Source: a virus
Length of the DNA: 64,000 bases
Reading direction: 5' to 3' (one strand)
IMG/VR virus record: IMGVR_UViG_3300042473_001368
A program made the translations under genes and the position numbers. The number at the start of each line of letters is the position of its first letter. The first letter of the stretch is position 1. A model generated the notes under the pieces. It saw only the letters and a program-made list of their open reading frames with translations, searched no databases and was not told the DNA's origin. Positions 18,674-27,436 of the stretch are shown in pieces.

Positions 18674-19314
18674 GTGAGAAAGAAAAGAGAATATACAATT
18701 CATACAATATTTCCTTTAGAAAGGCGAATAACAAGCCATTCAAAATAAGAAAAGACTTCACGGGTCTCGATCCTACAACTACCTTAGTGCTTCATAAACT
18801 TTCCTCTCTGTTTGAGAGGAATCCTACTATCGATATCGATGACTTTTTTATTGCACCATATAAGGTTTATGATTCACAAACGTATAACCCAATTGATTTT
18901 TATCTAACTCGAAAAGCACTAAAATGCTATTCTGTCTATAAGACAGAAAAAGAGAAAGAAAGTCCAGATAGCGAAGAAGTTATAGAGAGATGTAAAGCTG
19001 CGTGTTCCTTTCTATATCGCTTCTGTAGAATAAATAATATTACACTTGATCAATATAAGTCGATGGTGGTTGGCACTATGCCAATTGTCATTCAACACTT
19101 AAAGGATCATAGTGTAAACTTTTATGTGATTCACGCGTTGGATTGCAATAAAGTTTTAAGGTCGGTAGGTCAAGAATTACTTGATTTTTTAATACCTGAC
19201 TTTAATATGATAAACAATGAAACGAGAATTAATTACAGTAAGTCAACTAAACTAAAACATACTTTAAGTAAGGCTCTTGACATTATTAAACAACAACTAG
19301 AAAACAAACAATAA
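18664..19314 (+). CDS. Possible helicase loader (gp59-like)
   Basis: 216 aa basic helical protein directly upstream of gp32, matching the size and position of T4 gp59; sequence similarity not verified. Confidence 0.45.
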   Translation: MSVSEKEKRIYNSYNISFRKANNKPFKIRKDFTGLDPTTTLVLHKLSSLFERNPTIDIDDFFIAPYKVYDSQTYNPIDFYLTRKALKCYSVYKTEKEKESPDSEEVIERCKAACSFLYRFCRINNITLDQYKSMVVGTMPIVIQHLKDHSVNFYVIHALDCNKVLRSVGQELLDFLIPDFNMINNETRINYSKSTKLKHTLSKALDIIKQQLENKQ

Positions 19315-19337
19315 AATAACAAAAAGAAACAGAAAAT

Positions 19338-20189
19338 ATGAGTAAGGCATTTAATACATCAATGTTCCAGTCAATTAAGGCAGCTCTTGCTAAGAGCAAT
19401 AACGAAGGCGGTAACGCTACCTATACAGAGATCATGAAAACGTCTCCAGGTAACACATACACAGTCCGCCTTCTTCCATATTCACCAGATCCGAAGAATA
19501 CATTCTTCCATTACTTCAACCATGGTTGGGTATCGTTTGCGACTGGTCAATACGTCCAAGCACTTTCACCTATGACATTTGGTGAACGTGATCCAATCGC
19601 AGAAGAACGTTATCGTGCTCTGCGTATGGGTAGCGAAGATGAAAAGGAGAAAGCAAAAGCTATCAAGAGAGCTGAAAAGTATCTTGTTAATGTGTATGTA
19701 GTCGAAGATCAATCGAATCCAGATAACAATGGCAAGGTTAAACTTCTTCGTTATGGCAAACAGCTTCATAAAATTATTATGGATGCTATCGAAGGTGAAG
19801 ATTCTGAAGAATTCGGTCATCGTATCTTCGATCTAAGTAAGGAAGGTGTCAACTTTAAGATTAAGTGTGAAAACCAAGGAGAATATCCTACATATGTGTC
19901 TTCGCGCTTTACTGCTACTGGTAAGCTTAATCTTTCAGAAGATGAACAGAAGAAAATCTATGATAGTGTATTTGACTTGACTAAAGTTTTCCCGCTTAAG
20001 TCAGCTGATGAACTCAAGCAAATGCTTGATGAACATTATCATTGCAAGGCTACAGAAGAAGCTCCAGCTAGAGAAATTCAACGCGAAGCTGTTAAGACTC
20101 CGCAAGCTCCAGCTCCTGCTGAACCTGTAGGTGTATCCGCTGAAGAGGATGCATATGACGATATCGACGACCTTCTTAAAGACCTATAA
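19338..20189 (+). CDS. gp32: Single-stranded DNA binding protein
   Basis: VRLLP, FFHYFNHG, YGKQLHK, FDLSKEGVNFKIK and acidic tail DDIDDLLKDL. Confidence 0.9.
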   Translation: MSKAFNTSMFQSIKAALAKSNNEGGNATYTEIMKTSPGNTYTVRLLPYSPDPKNTFFHYFNHGWVSFATGQYVQALSPMTFGERDPIAEERYRALRMGSEDEKEKAKAIKRAEKYLVNVYVVEDQSNPDNNGKVKLLRYGKQLHKIIMDAIEGEDSEEFGHRIFDLSKEGVNFKIKCENQGEYPTYVSSRFTATGKLNLSEDEQKKIYDSVFDLTKVFPLKSADELKQMLDEHYHCKATEEAPAREIQREAVKTPQAPAPAEPVGVSAEEDAYDDIDDLLKDL

Positions 20190-20192
20190 TAT

Positions 20193-20666
20193 ATGACCCC
20201 TGAGGAACAACAAGCGCTAGTACAGTTTTTCGGAACTGTGCACGCGCAAGCTAAAAGCGCAGATCAGATGATCGTTCATGGAGCAAAAGATCTGCGACCA
20301 GTAAGTACTGAGATACAAAATCAACTTCAACAGTTTCTTGTAAGTCAGAGTCAACCTCAATATCAGCAACCGGTTCAAAGCGAGCCGGTTGCTTTTATGG
20401 CTCCACCTCAGCAATACGAACCACAGAATCATTTTGCGCCTACGCCACAGCCTGCTGAGCAGCAACTCGACTTCTTTACTTACAACGCGAATAACGGTAG
20501 CCAGGATATGGATAAAATTATTAAGCGTGTAACAGAAGCTGCAAATTACCTACATGATATAAAGGTAAGTCTTAAAACAATAGTAGAGATTTTAGAGAAG
20601 AATAGTATACAATCAGATACAGATCATAATGTTAAAGCATCAAGTAAAAATCGAGTCAAAGAATGA
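20193..20666 (+). CDS. Hypothetical Gln/Pro-rich protein
   Basis: 157 aa ORF in operon context with a central Q/P-rich linker. Confidence 0.6.
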   Translation: MTPEEQQALVQFFGTVHAQAKSADQMIVHGAKDLRPVSTEIQNQLQQFLVSQSQPQYQQPVQSEPVAFMAPPQQYEPQNHFAPTPQPAEQQLDFFTYNANNGSQDMDKIIKRVTEAANYLHDIKVSLKTIVEILEKNSIQSDTDHNVKASSKNRVKE

Positions 20667-21351
20667 ATTTCTAAAGTTCTTAGACGCTGTTTCGATCATC
20701 AATGAAGCTTGCATACTGAGCATACAATCAAATGTATGCTCAGTTTTGTCTATAGTTCCTGACGAAACGCTCTATATTTTAGGAGAGTATAAAGGAGTTA
20801 CTTCTGAACAGAATTGTAACTTGAATATACCAAACCTTAAAAAACTTTCACGTGTCTTAGAAGATGTAAGTGAGCAAGAAATTGAGTTCGAAGTAGATGG
20901 CAATAGTATTAGTTATTGCGATAATAGTGTTAAGTTTAGATATCATTTATATGACGATAACTTCCTAGCTAAACCAAAAGTTAAGGCTGAGAAGATAAAA
21001 GCATTTAAGTATGATACTGAATTTACTCTGCCAAAGACTGCATTGCCTGCAATCGTTAAAGGTAGCTCTTTCGCGCAAGGCTGTAGGAAGGTATACCTGT
21101 ATACTGAGGGCAATCTTTTAAAGGCAGAGATGACAGATAAGGAAAAACGTAATACAGATTCATTAGCTTTAACATTAGGTGAAGTTGATTTTGAGTTATC
21201 ACCTATTATTCTTAATCTCGATAACCTTAAACTGATATACTCAATAGGCGGAGAGTTAAATGTAAAAATTAACTCAGATCTAGGAGTAACAGCAATAGAT
21301 TCGACTAGTAATTCAACATATTTAAGATACATATTAACATCACTCGTATGA
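20629..21351 (+). CDS. gp45: Sliding clamp (PCNA/gp45-like)
   Basis: 240 aa with two-domain beta/alpha periodicity typical of clamps, in the replication block; a cognate loader is at 47846. Confidence 0.65.
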   Translation: MLKHQVKIESKNEFLKFLDAVSIINEACILSIQSNVCSVLSIVPDETLYILGEYKGVTSEQNCNLNIPNLKKLSRVLEDVSEQEIEFEVDGNSISYCDNSVKFRYHLYDDNFLAKPKVKAEKIKAFKYDTEFTLPKTALPAIVKGSSFAQGCRKVYLYTEGNLLKAEMTDKEKRNTDSLALTLGEVDFELSPIILNLDNLKLIYSIGGELNVKINSDLGVTAIDSTSNSTYLRYILTSLV

Positions 21352-21686
21352 CAACAACAGCAAACTATCCTCAGAAGAATAAAATCACAACTCTTTCATA
21401 TTTTGTAAAGCGTCTTAAAGACTCTGGATTCAATACATGGAAACTTGTTGATAATTATTCACAAGCTGACCCTCGTAAATGGACAATCATAATAGATCCA
21501 GGTAATACATCTGTGTTTGTTACATGTTATGAAAATAAAGATTTCAAATCAGATAAGATGTTTGAGATTAACGATGGTGACAGGTACTTTCCTCGTAACT
21601 TTTCCGTAAAGACAAGCTCGATGGAAGTTATTATTGCGCTACTAATTGAAAAGGGTATACCTCAAGTAAGTCAACAAGAGCAGTAA
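21348..21686 (+). CDS. Hypothetical protein
   Basis: 112 aa, translationally coupled ORF. Confidence 0.6.
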   Translation: MTTTANYPQKNKITTLSYFVKRLKDSGFNTWKLVDNYSQADPRKWTIIIDPGNTSVFVTCYENKDFKSDKMFEINDGDRYFPRNFSVKTSSMEVIIALLIEKGIPQVSQQEQ

Positions 21687-21952
21687 TGGACGACATCTCA
21701 CTAGGAGATACATATGCAGTTCATACCGGCGCATACGCTGGTGAACTGCTTATTTGTGTAGGTAAGGAAGGTAAAAATTACAACTTCCTTGCAACACCAA
21801 CAATGGAAAATAGAATTATACCTCGTGTTATTGTTGAACACGGAAGGAACAAGGGTATAATTAAATTCGTAGAAGTGGTACCAGATTATGTACTGCAAAT
21901 ATCAAAAGAACAATTTAAAGTAAATGAAAACTCTAATAATAGACGGGAATAA
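21686..21952 (+). CDS. Hypothetical protein (small beta-rich)
   Basis: 88 aa, TAATG stop-start overlap. Confidence 0.6.
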   Translation: MDDISLGDTYAVHTGAYAGELLICVGKEGKNYNFLATPTMENRIIPRVIVEHGRNKGIIKFVEVVPDYVLQISKEQFKVNENSNNRRE

Positions 21953-22796
21953 TACAATACATCGAACATACTGGACTGCTAAAAATCAAGTTCAGCGTAT
22001 GAAGAGCGATGATCCTGATCTACTTAGAAACTTTCATATTCACTTTACTCTCAATGCGATATTTTCGTATGTATGCAAATACAAGCCAACGCGCACAATT
22101 TGCGTATGGGATGAAAAACCTGACTACATGCAGAACGACCGTAAAGCGCAGTTCGGTGAGTACAAAGGCAATAGAAGTTCTGATTCCTCTCCACATGAAA
22201 ATAACGAGACGATTAAACGCTTCTTATCTAACTTAAGCGTGTTGTCAATGTTTCCTCGTCAACTTGAAGCGGATGATATTGTCGCATTTTTGTGCCACGA
22301 ACTTGAAGGTAAAAAAGTTATTGTATCTGTCGATAAGGACTTTCTTCAACTAGTTAATAAAGATGTTACACTGTTTAACCCTATCAAGAAAGAGGAATAT
22401 GACTACACAAACTTTGCTGAAGTAACTGGTTTGCCTGATACAAAGACATGGTTAGATGTAAAATGCTTAACAGGTGATAAATCAGACAATGTTCCAGGTA
22501 TCGCGAAGTTTGGGAAGGTCAAAGTTCAGAAATGGCTTAAAGGCGAAATTACTCTCAATGAAGAGGAGCAAGAAATTGCAAACCGTAATAGGTCTTTATT
22601 TTCTTTAGATCTTTATAAGTCATACGACGATGAGAAATCGTACTATGAGACTCAGTTACAAAAAGAGCAGGTGTCTTCATGGAAAGAATTTCTTAAAGAT
22701 TGTAACGAATTACAACTAAACCAAATTTTAAGTAAAAAAGATAGTTGGCATTCTGCTTTCTTCCTCCAAAATAAGTTACAGTCACTGTTTGCATGA
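21924..22796 (+). CDS. rnh: 5'-3' exonuclease / RNase H (FEN-like)
   Basis: LIIDGNN, KGNR, EADD, SVDKD, GDKSDNVPGI. Confidence 0.93.
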   Translation: MKTLIIDGNNTIHRTYWTAKNQVQRMKSDDPDLLRNFHIHFTLNAIFSYVCKYKPTRTICVWDEKPDYMQNDRKAQFGEYKGNRSSDSSPHENNETIKRFLSNLSVLSMFPRQLEADDIVAFLCHELEGKKVIVSVDKDFLQLVNKDVTLFNPIKKEEYDYTNFAEVTGLPDTKTWLDVKCLTGDKSDNVPGIAKFGKVKVQKWLKGEITLNEEEQEIANRNRSLFSLDLYKSYDDEKSYYETQLQKEQVSSWKEFLKDCNELQLNQILSKKDSWHSAFFLQNKLQSLFA

Positions 22797-23854
22797 TTAC
22801 ACTACCGGAAGAATATGTTGTCTCGAAATTTTATCAGTATACATATCAACCGAAGTACAATCGATATAATCAAACTTATCAGGGTGGGTGTCCGATTTGT
22901 AGAGAGGGTGATTCACTAGGTAGGAAACAGAGATGTTATTACATCTGCAAGACAGATGTAATCTTTTGTCATAACTGTGGCTGGTCGAGTAGAACATTCA
23001 AATGGATTAAAGAAGTTTCACGTAAAACTGATTCTGAGATCCTAGAGGATGTTAAACGATTTAGGCCTGATATAACTTCGCTTGACGAAGAGGTAAATGT
23101 TGTTGTAAAAAAAGTAGAGGCAACGCTTCCTGAAGACAGTATCAATCTATTTGATGAAAGTCAGTTAGCATACTATAAAAACAATCCAATAGTATCTGCG
23201 TGTCTGCAAACGATAAAGAAAAGACGGTTGGATACAGCGGTTAACAAGCCATTTGCATTATACGTTTCATTAACAGACCCTGTTCATAAGAATAGACTCA
23301 TAATTCCGTTTGTAAATGAAAGAGAAAAGATCGAATTTTATCAGTCACGTACAATTATACCTACAGACAATAAGACCAAGCCAAAGTATATCTCGAAGAT
23401 TGGTGGAGAAAAGACACTCTTTAACATAGACAAGGTAGATAGTGATTACCCATTTGTTTTTGTCTTTGAAGGGCCACTGAATGCTTTCTTTGTAAAAAAT
23501 AGTGTAGCAGTTGCAGGTATTACAGAAAAAAGTATCAAGTCATTGACGCAAAGACAGCAAAAGCAAATGGATTCAACTCTCAAATGGTTTGATCGTGTGT
23601 GGGTGCTCGACAGTCAATGGGTTGATAAAGCAGCACTATCTAAGAGTGAAATTCTTCTTAAGGAAGGCGAGACTGTCTTTATTTGGCCTGAGCAAATCGG
23701 TAAGAAGTTTAAAGACTTTAATGATATATGTATTACAGGTAAGCGAGATGAAATCTCAGATGATTTTATACAAAAAAATTCCTTCAAAGGACTTGAAGGA
23801 ATTTTTAAACTCTCTGCAATTAAAGCTCAGCAGCAATTATACACCGCGAAGTGA
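22793..23854 (+). CDS. gp61: DNA primase
   Basis: Zn ribbon CPIC...CHNC, NRLIIPF, YQSR, TOPRIM FEGPLNA and VLD. Confidence 0.9.
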   Translation: MITLPEEYVVSKFYQYTYQPKYNRYNQTYQGGCPICREGDSLGRKQRCYYICKTDVIFCHNCGWSSRTFKWIKEVSRKTDSEILEDVKRFRPDITSLDEEVNVVVKKVEATLPEDSINLFDESQLAYYKNNPIVSACLQTIKKRRLDTAVNKPFALYVSLTDPVHKNRLIIPFVNEREKIEFYQSRTIIPTDNKTKPKYISKIGGEKTLFNIDKVDSDYPFVFVFEGPLNAFFVKNSVAVAGITEKSIKSLTQRQQKQMDSTLKWFDRVWVLDSQWVDKAALSKSEILLKEGETVFIWPEQIGKKFKDFNDICITGKRDEISDDFIQKNSFKGLEGIFKLSAIKAQQQLYTAK

Positions 23855-24253
23855 TGCATTTGAAGATGTTGCAAGGAATCCTTTGAATGATTCATTAAGA
23901 GCTGCAAGCTCTGTTGCAACACGAGCAATTTTACGTTGTTCAGACTGTTTCATCTTATCAAAGAGTGTATCAGGAGCTGATTGAGCTAATACTGTTTGAA
24001 TAGAGTTTTCTGTTCCATTGAGCTTTTCAAGAAAGGACTCAAGAGAATCAATCCAACCCTTTAATTCACTTACCATAGCAGCATTTTGCTCTGCCATAGC
24101 AGTAGCAACAGCTGTCGAATCACCACTTGATACTGGTGAGGTATCAAAAGCAGCTGGATCTGTTCCTTGATCAAGCGACGCTTCCATAGCTTCGCGATCC
24201 ATATCATCTTGTTCTCTTAAAACCTTAAAAAAGCGTTTACCGAAGTCATTCAT
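23837..24253 (-). CDS. Late protein, putative internal head protein
   Basis: TAAATA 5 nt upstream; N-terminus MNDFGKRFFKVLRE; 3' end overlaps primase by 18 nt. Confidence 0.6.
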   Translation of the reverse strand: MNDFGKRFFKVLREQDDMDREAMEASLDQGTDPAAFDTSPVSSGDSTAVATAMAEQNAAMVSELKGWIDSLESFLEKLNGTENSIQTVLAQSAPDTLFDKMKQSEQRKIARVATELAALNESFKGFLATSSNASLRGV

Positions 24254-24258
24254 ATAGT

Positions 24259-24281
24259 TATTTAGTCGAGTTGTATAAATA
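24259..24281. promoter_or_regulatory. Divergent pair of late promoters
   Basis: - strand ACTAAATA (24266-24259, 5 nt to ATG 24253); + strand TATAAATA (24274-24281, 6 nt to ATG 24288). Confidence 0.75.
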
Positions 24282-24287
24282 TTTACA

Positions 24288-24611
24288 ATGCCTAATACTA
24301 CTTATCCTAACTACGAAACAAAGTTTTCTACATCACCGGTCGAAAACAAGTTAAATACAGATGCGCAGATGGATTTGTATAAAAGAGACGAAGAAACTCA
24401 AAAGGCTCCGAAAGTTCTACCATTCGAATTAGAACAAAATGCAAAACAAATGCTAGGAGACCTAACAATAAAGTTAATAGACTTTAGAAATATGATTCAT
24501 CGCTCTGACATATCAGAAACAGATAAAAGAGCGCTTGATGAAATTATAGATAATGTAGCTACTTCTTTTACAATGACTATACCGAAACAGATTGATAATT
24601 TGTATCTGTAA
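24288..24611 (+). CDS. Hypothetical late protein
   Basis: 107 aa ORF behind TATAAATA. Confidence 0.6.
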   Translation: MPNTTYPNYETKFSTSPVENKLNTDAQMDLYKRDEETQKAPKVLPFELEQNAKQMLGDLTIKLIDFRNMIHRSDISETDKRALDEIIDNVATSFTMTIPKQIDNLYL

Positions 24612-24619
24612 GCTATAAT
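24592..24619 (+). promoter_or_regulatory. Sigma70-type promoter TTGATA-N16-TATAAT
   Basis: 9 nt upstream of ATG 24629. Confidence 0.7.
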
Positions 24620-24628
24620 TAAGTTGTT

Positions 24629-25057
24629 ATGTACAAACAAGCAATTTTTGCAATCTTAATTACCCTTTTATTAGCTCTTGGATTCGGATATGTAGTTCAA
24701 GACTTCGTAGATGGTCTAGGTAAAGGCTTTGTTGCAGGTTTGATTATACAATTCGTTATATTCATGTTGTATAGACCTGCAAAAACAGAAGATACAAACG
24801 ATGAAGCTGATGAAGCATTAAATCGTGTTATTGACTTACAAACTACTCTTGTAGAATGCCCATGCGGTAAAAGTAAGATGTATGAAGCTATCTTTCTTAA
24901 CAAAGATAATAATTTTACATGCACTGCATGTGGCAGTAAGTTTAGAGTAGAGATTGCTTATGAAAGTATCTTACTAACAGAGCCTGTATCACTTGTAAAT
25001 GTCTTTGACAATCTCAAAGAGAAAGAAAAAGAGTTTGATCGTCAGAACGAACTGTAA
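24629..25057 (+). CDS. Membrane protein with C-terminal Zn ribbon
   Basis: Two N-terminal hydrophobic segments, then CPCG and CTACG. Confidence 0.65.
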   Translation: MYKQAIFAILITLLLALGFGYVVQDFVDGLGKGFVAGLIIQFVIFMLYRPAKTEDTNDEADEALNRVIDLQTTLVECPCGKSKMYEAIFLNKDNNFTCTACGSKFRVEIAYESILLTEPVSLVNVFDNLKEKEKEFDRQNEL

Positions 25058-25071
25058 TATTATATAGTATA

Positions 25072-25314
25072 ATGGATACTATAAAATTTAAACTCAAAAA
25101 TAAAACAACTCATGAAATGTCTGTACCTGAACTTGCGAGGTGGGCATGTTTGCTAGAAGGCATTGAGTTTATTACAAAGCGCAGCGAAGAACTAGGTATT
25201 GAAGATACAAATGTAGATTGGATTAAGCCTCTCGCGCTTCAGAAATATATTGATGAACGTTTTGAGGCTATGAAGCATGATCTAACAGTAGAGAAGATGA
25301 TGGGTAGACTGTAA
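25072..25314 (+). CDS. Hypothetical protein
   Basis: 80 aa; TTGATC-N17-TATTAT upstream; last + strand gene before the strand switch. Confidence 0.6.
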   Translation: MDTIKFKLKNKTTHEMSVPELARWACLLEGIEFITKRSEELGIEDTNVDWIKPLALQKYIDERFEAMKHDLTVEKMMGRL

Positions 25315-26289
25315 TTACTTACCACAGCTGCAATTACTTTTTGGTGCAACTACTTCCATAGAACTTAAAGGATAGTATAAATCGGTCCCCTTTATATGTA
25401 TAAATTGAGGTACACTGCTAGTTACTATTGTTTGTTTCGGAAACGGATTTTGTTCGAATATAAAGAGTTTCGCAACTTCTTTTTTGATCTCTGTTCTGGT
25501 ATGCTCCGGTAAATGCTTTTCAAACTCTGCATCAACGTCTTCATAATCTAAGCCTAGCTCGAGTCTGCCTATGATATAGTTTCTATATCTATCAACCCAC
25601 TTGTTTGGATATGGCACTCCATTGACGCGTGTAAATCTATGAACCCATCTTGCAAAAGGTAAGCAGATAGTTTTTTTGTCAGCCATACGATATTTGGTGT
25701 GGATATAAACTTCCTCGCCGCCAAAGCCTCTAAAGTTTTCGTTGTACTTTAACCACGAATCCTTACGACACGAGAACATACCAAGGCCTTGTGCAAAGAT
25801 TTCAAAAGGCTCAGAATCTGGTGTAGCATATCTAGCGTCCTTTTCCCATTGACCTTGCATACCAGATCCCCATTTGTCGTTAAAATTAGTTGATACAGTG
25901 TTAATGTCATCGTGTAGTAGTGGCCCTTGTAGTAAGTTACCTTGGTCTTTACCGCTATCATAAAACTCAATGAGTTTTTTAATACTTCCAGCTTCTAATA
26001 GAACATGACAATCAATAACTAGTACATATGGTGTATTTGCATGTTCAAAAATTAAATTACGTACTGCAGTAGAATTATAATCAGTAAACTGAACATACTT
26101 GATAGGCTGCTTTACATGCTTTGATAATCCCTCAAGTGCTTTATGATACTTCTCATCTGGACTGTTATTAATGATAACAAACTCTACATCATCCATAACT
26201 TCTGAGTGATACATTCTCAACGACTGGATTGTAAAGTATACTCCATCATAGTCGTTGTATGTAGCCATTCCTATTGTAAGCTTGCGCAT
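25315..26289 (-). CDS. GT-A glycosyltransferase with polypeptide GalNAc-transferase (GT27/GT60)-like motifs
   Basis: IGMATYND, AVRN, VIDCH (DxH), GLGMF...FGGEE...LPFARWVHRF; start refined to ATG 26289, 5 nt after TGTAAATA. Confidence 0.8.
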   Translation of the reverse strand: MRKLTIGMATYNDYDGVYFTIQSLRMYHSEVMDDVEFVIINNSPDEKYHKALEGLSKHVKQPIKYVQFTDYNSTAVRNLIFEHANTPYVLVIDCHVLLEAGSIKKLIEFYDSGKDQGNLLQGPLLHDDINTVSTNFNDKWGSGMQGQWEKDARYATPDSEPFEIFAQGLGMFSCRKDSWLKYNENFRGFGGEEVYIHTKYRMADKKTICLPFARWVHRFTRVNGVPYPNKWVDRYRNYIIGRLELGLDYEDVDAEFEKHLPEHTRTEIKKEVAKLFIFEQNPFPKQTIVTSSVPQFIHIKGTDLYYPLSSMEVVAPKSNCSCGK

Positions 26290-26294
26290 ACAAC

Positions 26295-26302
26295 TATTTA
26301 CA
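26295..26302 (-). promoter_or_regulatory. Late promoter variant TGTAAATA
   Basis: 5 nt upstream of the GT ATG at 26289. Confidence 0.6.
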
Positions 26303-26318
26303 GGCTCATTTTTAAATA

Positions 26319-27050
26319 TCAAGCTAAAGGAGCCGATGTTAAAACCTCGACTAGCGTATTACCTCTGACCCCTTCGATATGCATGTTGTTCACCAACATC
26401 TTACATGAACTAAGACTGCTTGATGAAATAGGAGAGCAATAGGATATCCCACAGGAAACACTATCTACGTTACCTGAGTTAATAAAGCGATACGGAAGAG
26501 ATACAGTAGCTAGAGTTGTATATGTCGTTGTACTAGAATCTCTGTATGCAATTTCAAGAGTTTGCGCGCCATTACTATAAATGCAACGTATTGTCTGTGT
26601 AGCAGTTGGTGCAATTGTAAAAGATGTGCTTGATAAAGGAAGAACATGTAGCAATTGACTGTTAAAACCTCTTACAATGAGAGCATTAGGTTGTACACTT
26701 GTTAATCCTGGTCTTGTTGTTGAGGATAATGCGAACAAGCCTGTTGTATCAAATGCTACTGTAACAAGATTGAATGGATTAGCAGTACTTACAGTTGTAC
26801 CACTCAAGACAGTGATAGAATTAGTAGCTTCAGATTGCTTTGTACACAGATACTGCCCAGCAGATATATTTGATGTAGTAGAAGAAAGGGTTGTTAGGAA
26901 TGTTGTATACCCTAACTGACTAGTACCTTGATTGAATCCTGATACTGAGTATTGAAACGACCATATAATATCATAGTTAGAGTTATAACTATAATTTTTA
27001 TCGACGATATAATAATATCTAGCAGAAGCTGGTAGAAGAATTTCAGACAT
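26319..27050 (-). CDS. Ser/Thr-rich beta-sandwich protein, possibly ConA/L-type lectin-like
   Basis: VTVAFDT resembles the legume-lectin VAVEFDT strand; all-beta pattern; fold is inference. Confidence 0.45.
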   Translation of the reverse strand: MSEILLPASARYYYIVDKNYSYNSNYDIIWSFQYSVSGFNQGTSQLGYTTFLTTLSSTTSNISAGQYLCTKQSEATNSITVLSGTTVSTANPFNLVTVAFDTTGLFALSSTTRPGLTSVQPNALIVRGFNSQLLHVLPLSSTSFTIAPTATQTIRCIYSNGAQTLEIAYRDSSTTTYTTLATVSLPYRFINSGNVDSVSCGISYCSPISSSSLSSCKMLVNNMHIEGVRGNTLVEVLTSAPLA

Positions 27051-27261
27051 GTTGTTTTTGTTTAAAGGTACAGGTGATAGTATTTAGGTCGTCGAGAGTT
27101 TTAGAAAAAACCATCTCGTAATTCAGTCGTTGCAATTCCTTATAAACTACCTTAAAGTAGTCCTTCTTGATATTTACAATAATACTGTGTCGAGTTTTAT
27201 CAACAAGTACATAATCTGTAAATTCTTCGCAAAACCACTCAGCTCTATCATGCAAGTTCAT
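27043..27261 (-). CDS. Hypothetical protein
   Basis: Start refined to ATG 27261 (MNLHDRAEW), 7 nt after AGTAAATA. Confidence 0.5.
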   Translation of the reverse strand: MNLHDRAEWFCEEFTDYVLVDKTRHSIIVNIKKDYFKVVYKELQRLNYEMVFSKTLDDLNTITCTFKQKQHV

Positions 27262-27271
27262 GCATGTATAT

Positions 27272-27436
27272 TTACTCCTCGAAAGCCTGTACAATAGCAT
27301 TTACCTTATGTAGTATCTCTGTCAAATGAGTATACTTCTGTAAATCTCCGATAGGTAACTCGGTATTTCTTAATGTCTCTTGAATAAGAATGAAATCTTC
27401 AAGAATTAAACCATCTACAATAATTTCTTTATGCAT
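27272..27436 (-). CDS. Small hypothetical protein
   Basis: Start refined to ATG 27436, overlapping the upstream stop. Confidence 0.45.
   Translation of the reverse strand: MHKEIIVDGLILEDFILIQETLRNTELPIGDLQKYTHLTEILHKVNAIVQAFEE

Noticed and set aside
19277-19282. TTGACA upstream of gene 32
   Set aside because: No -10 element at 16-18 bp spacing.
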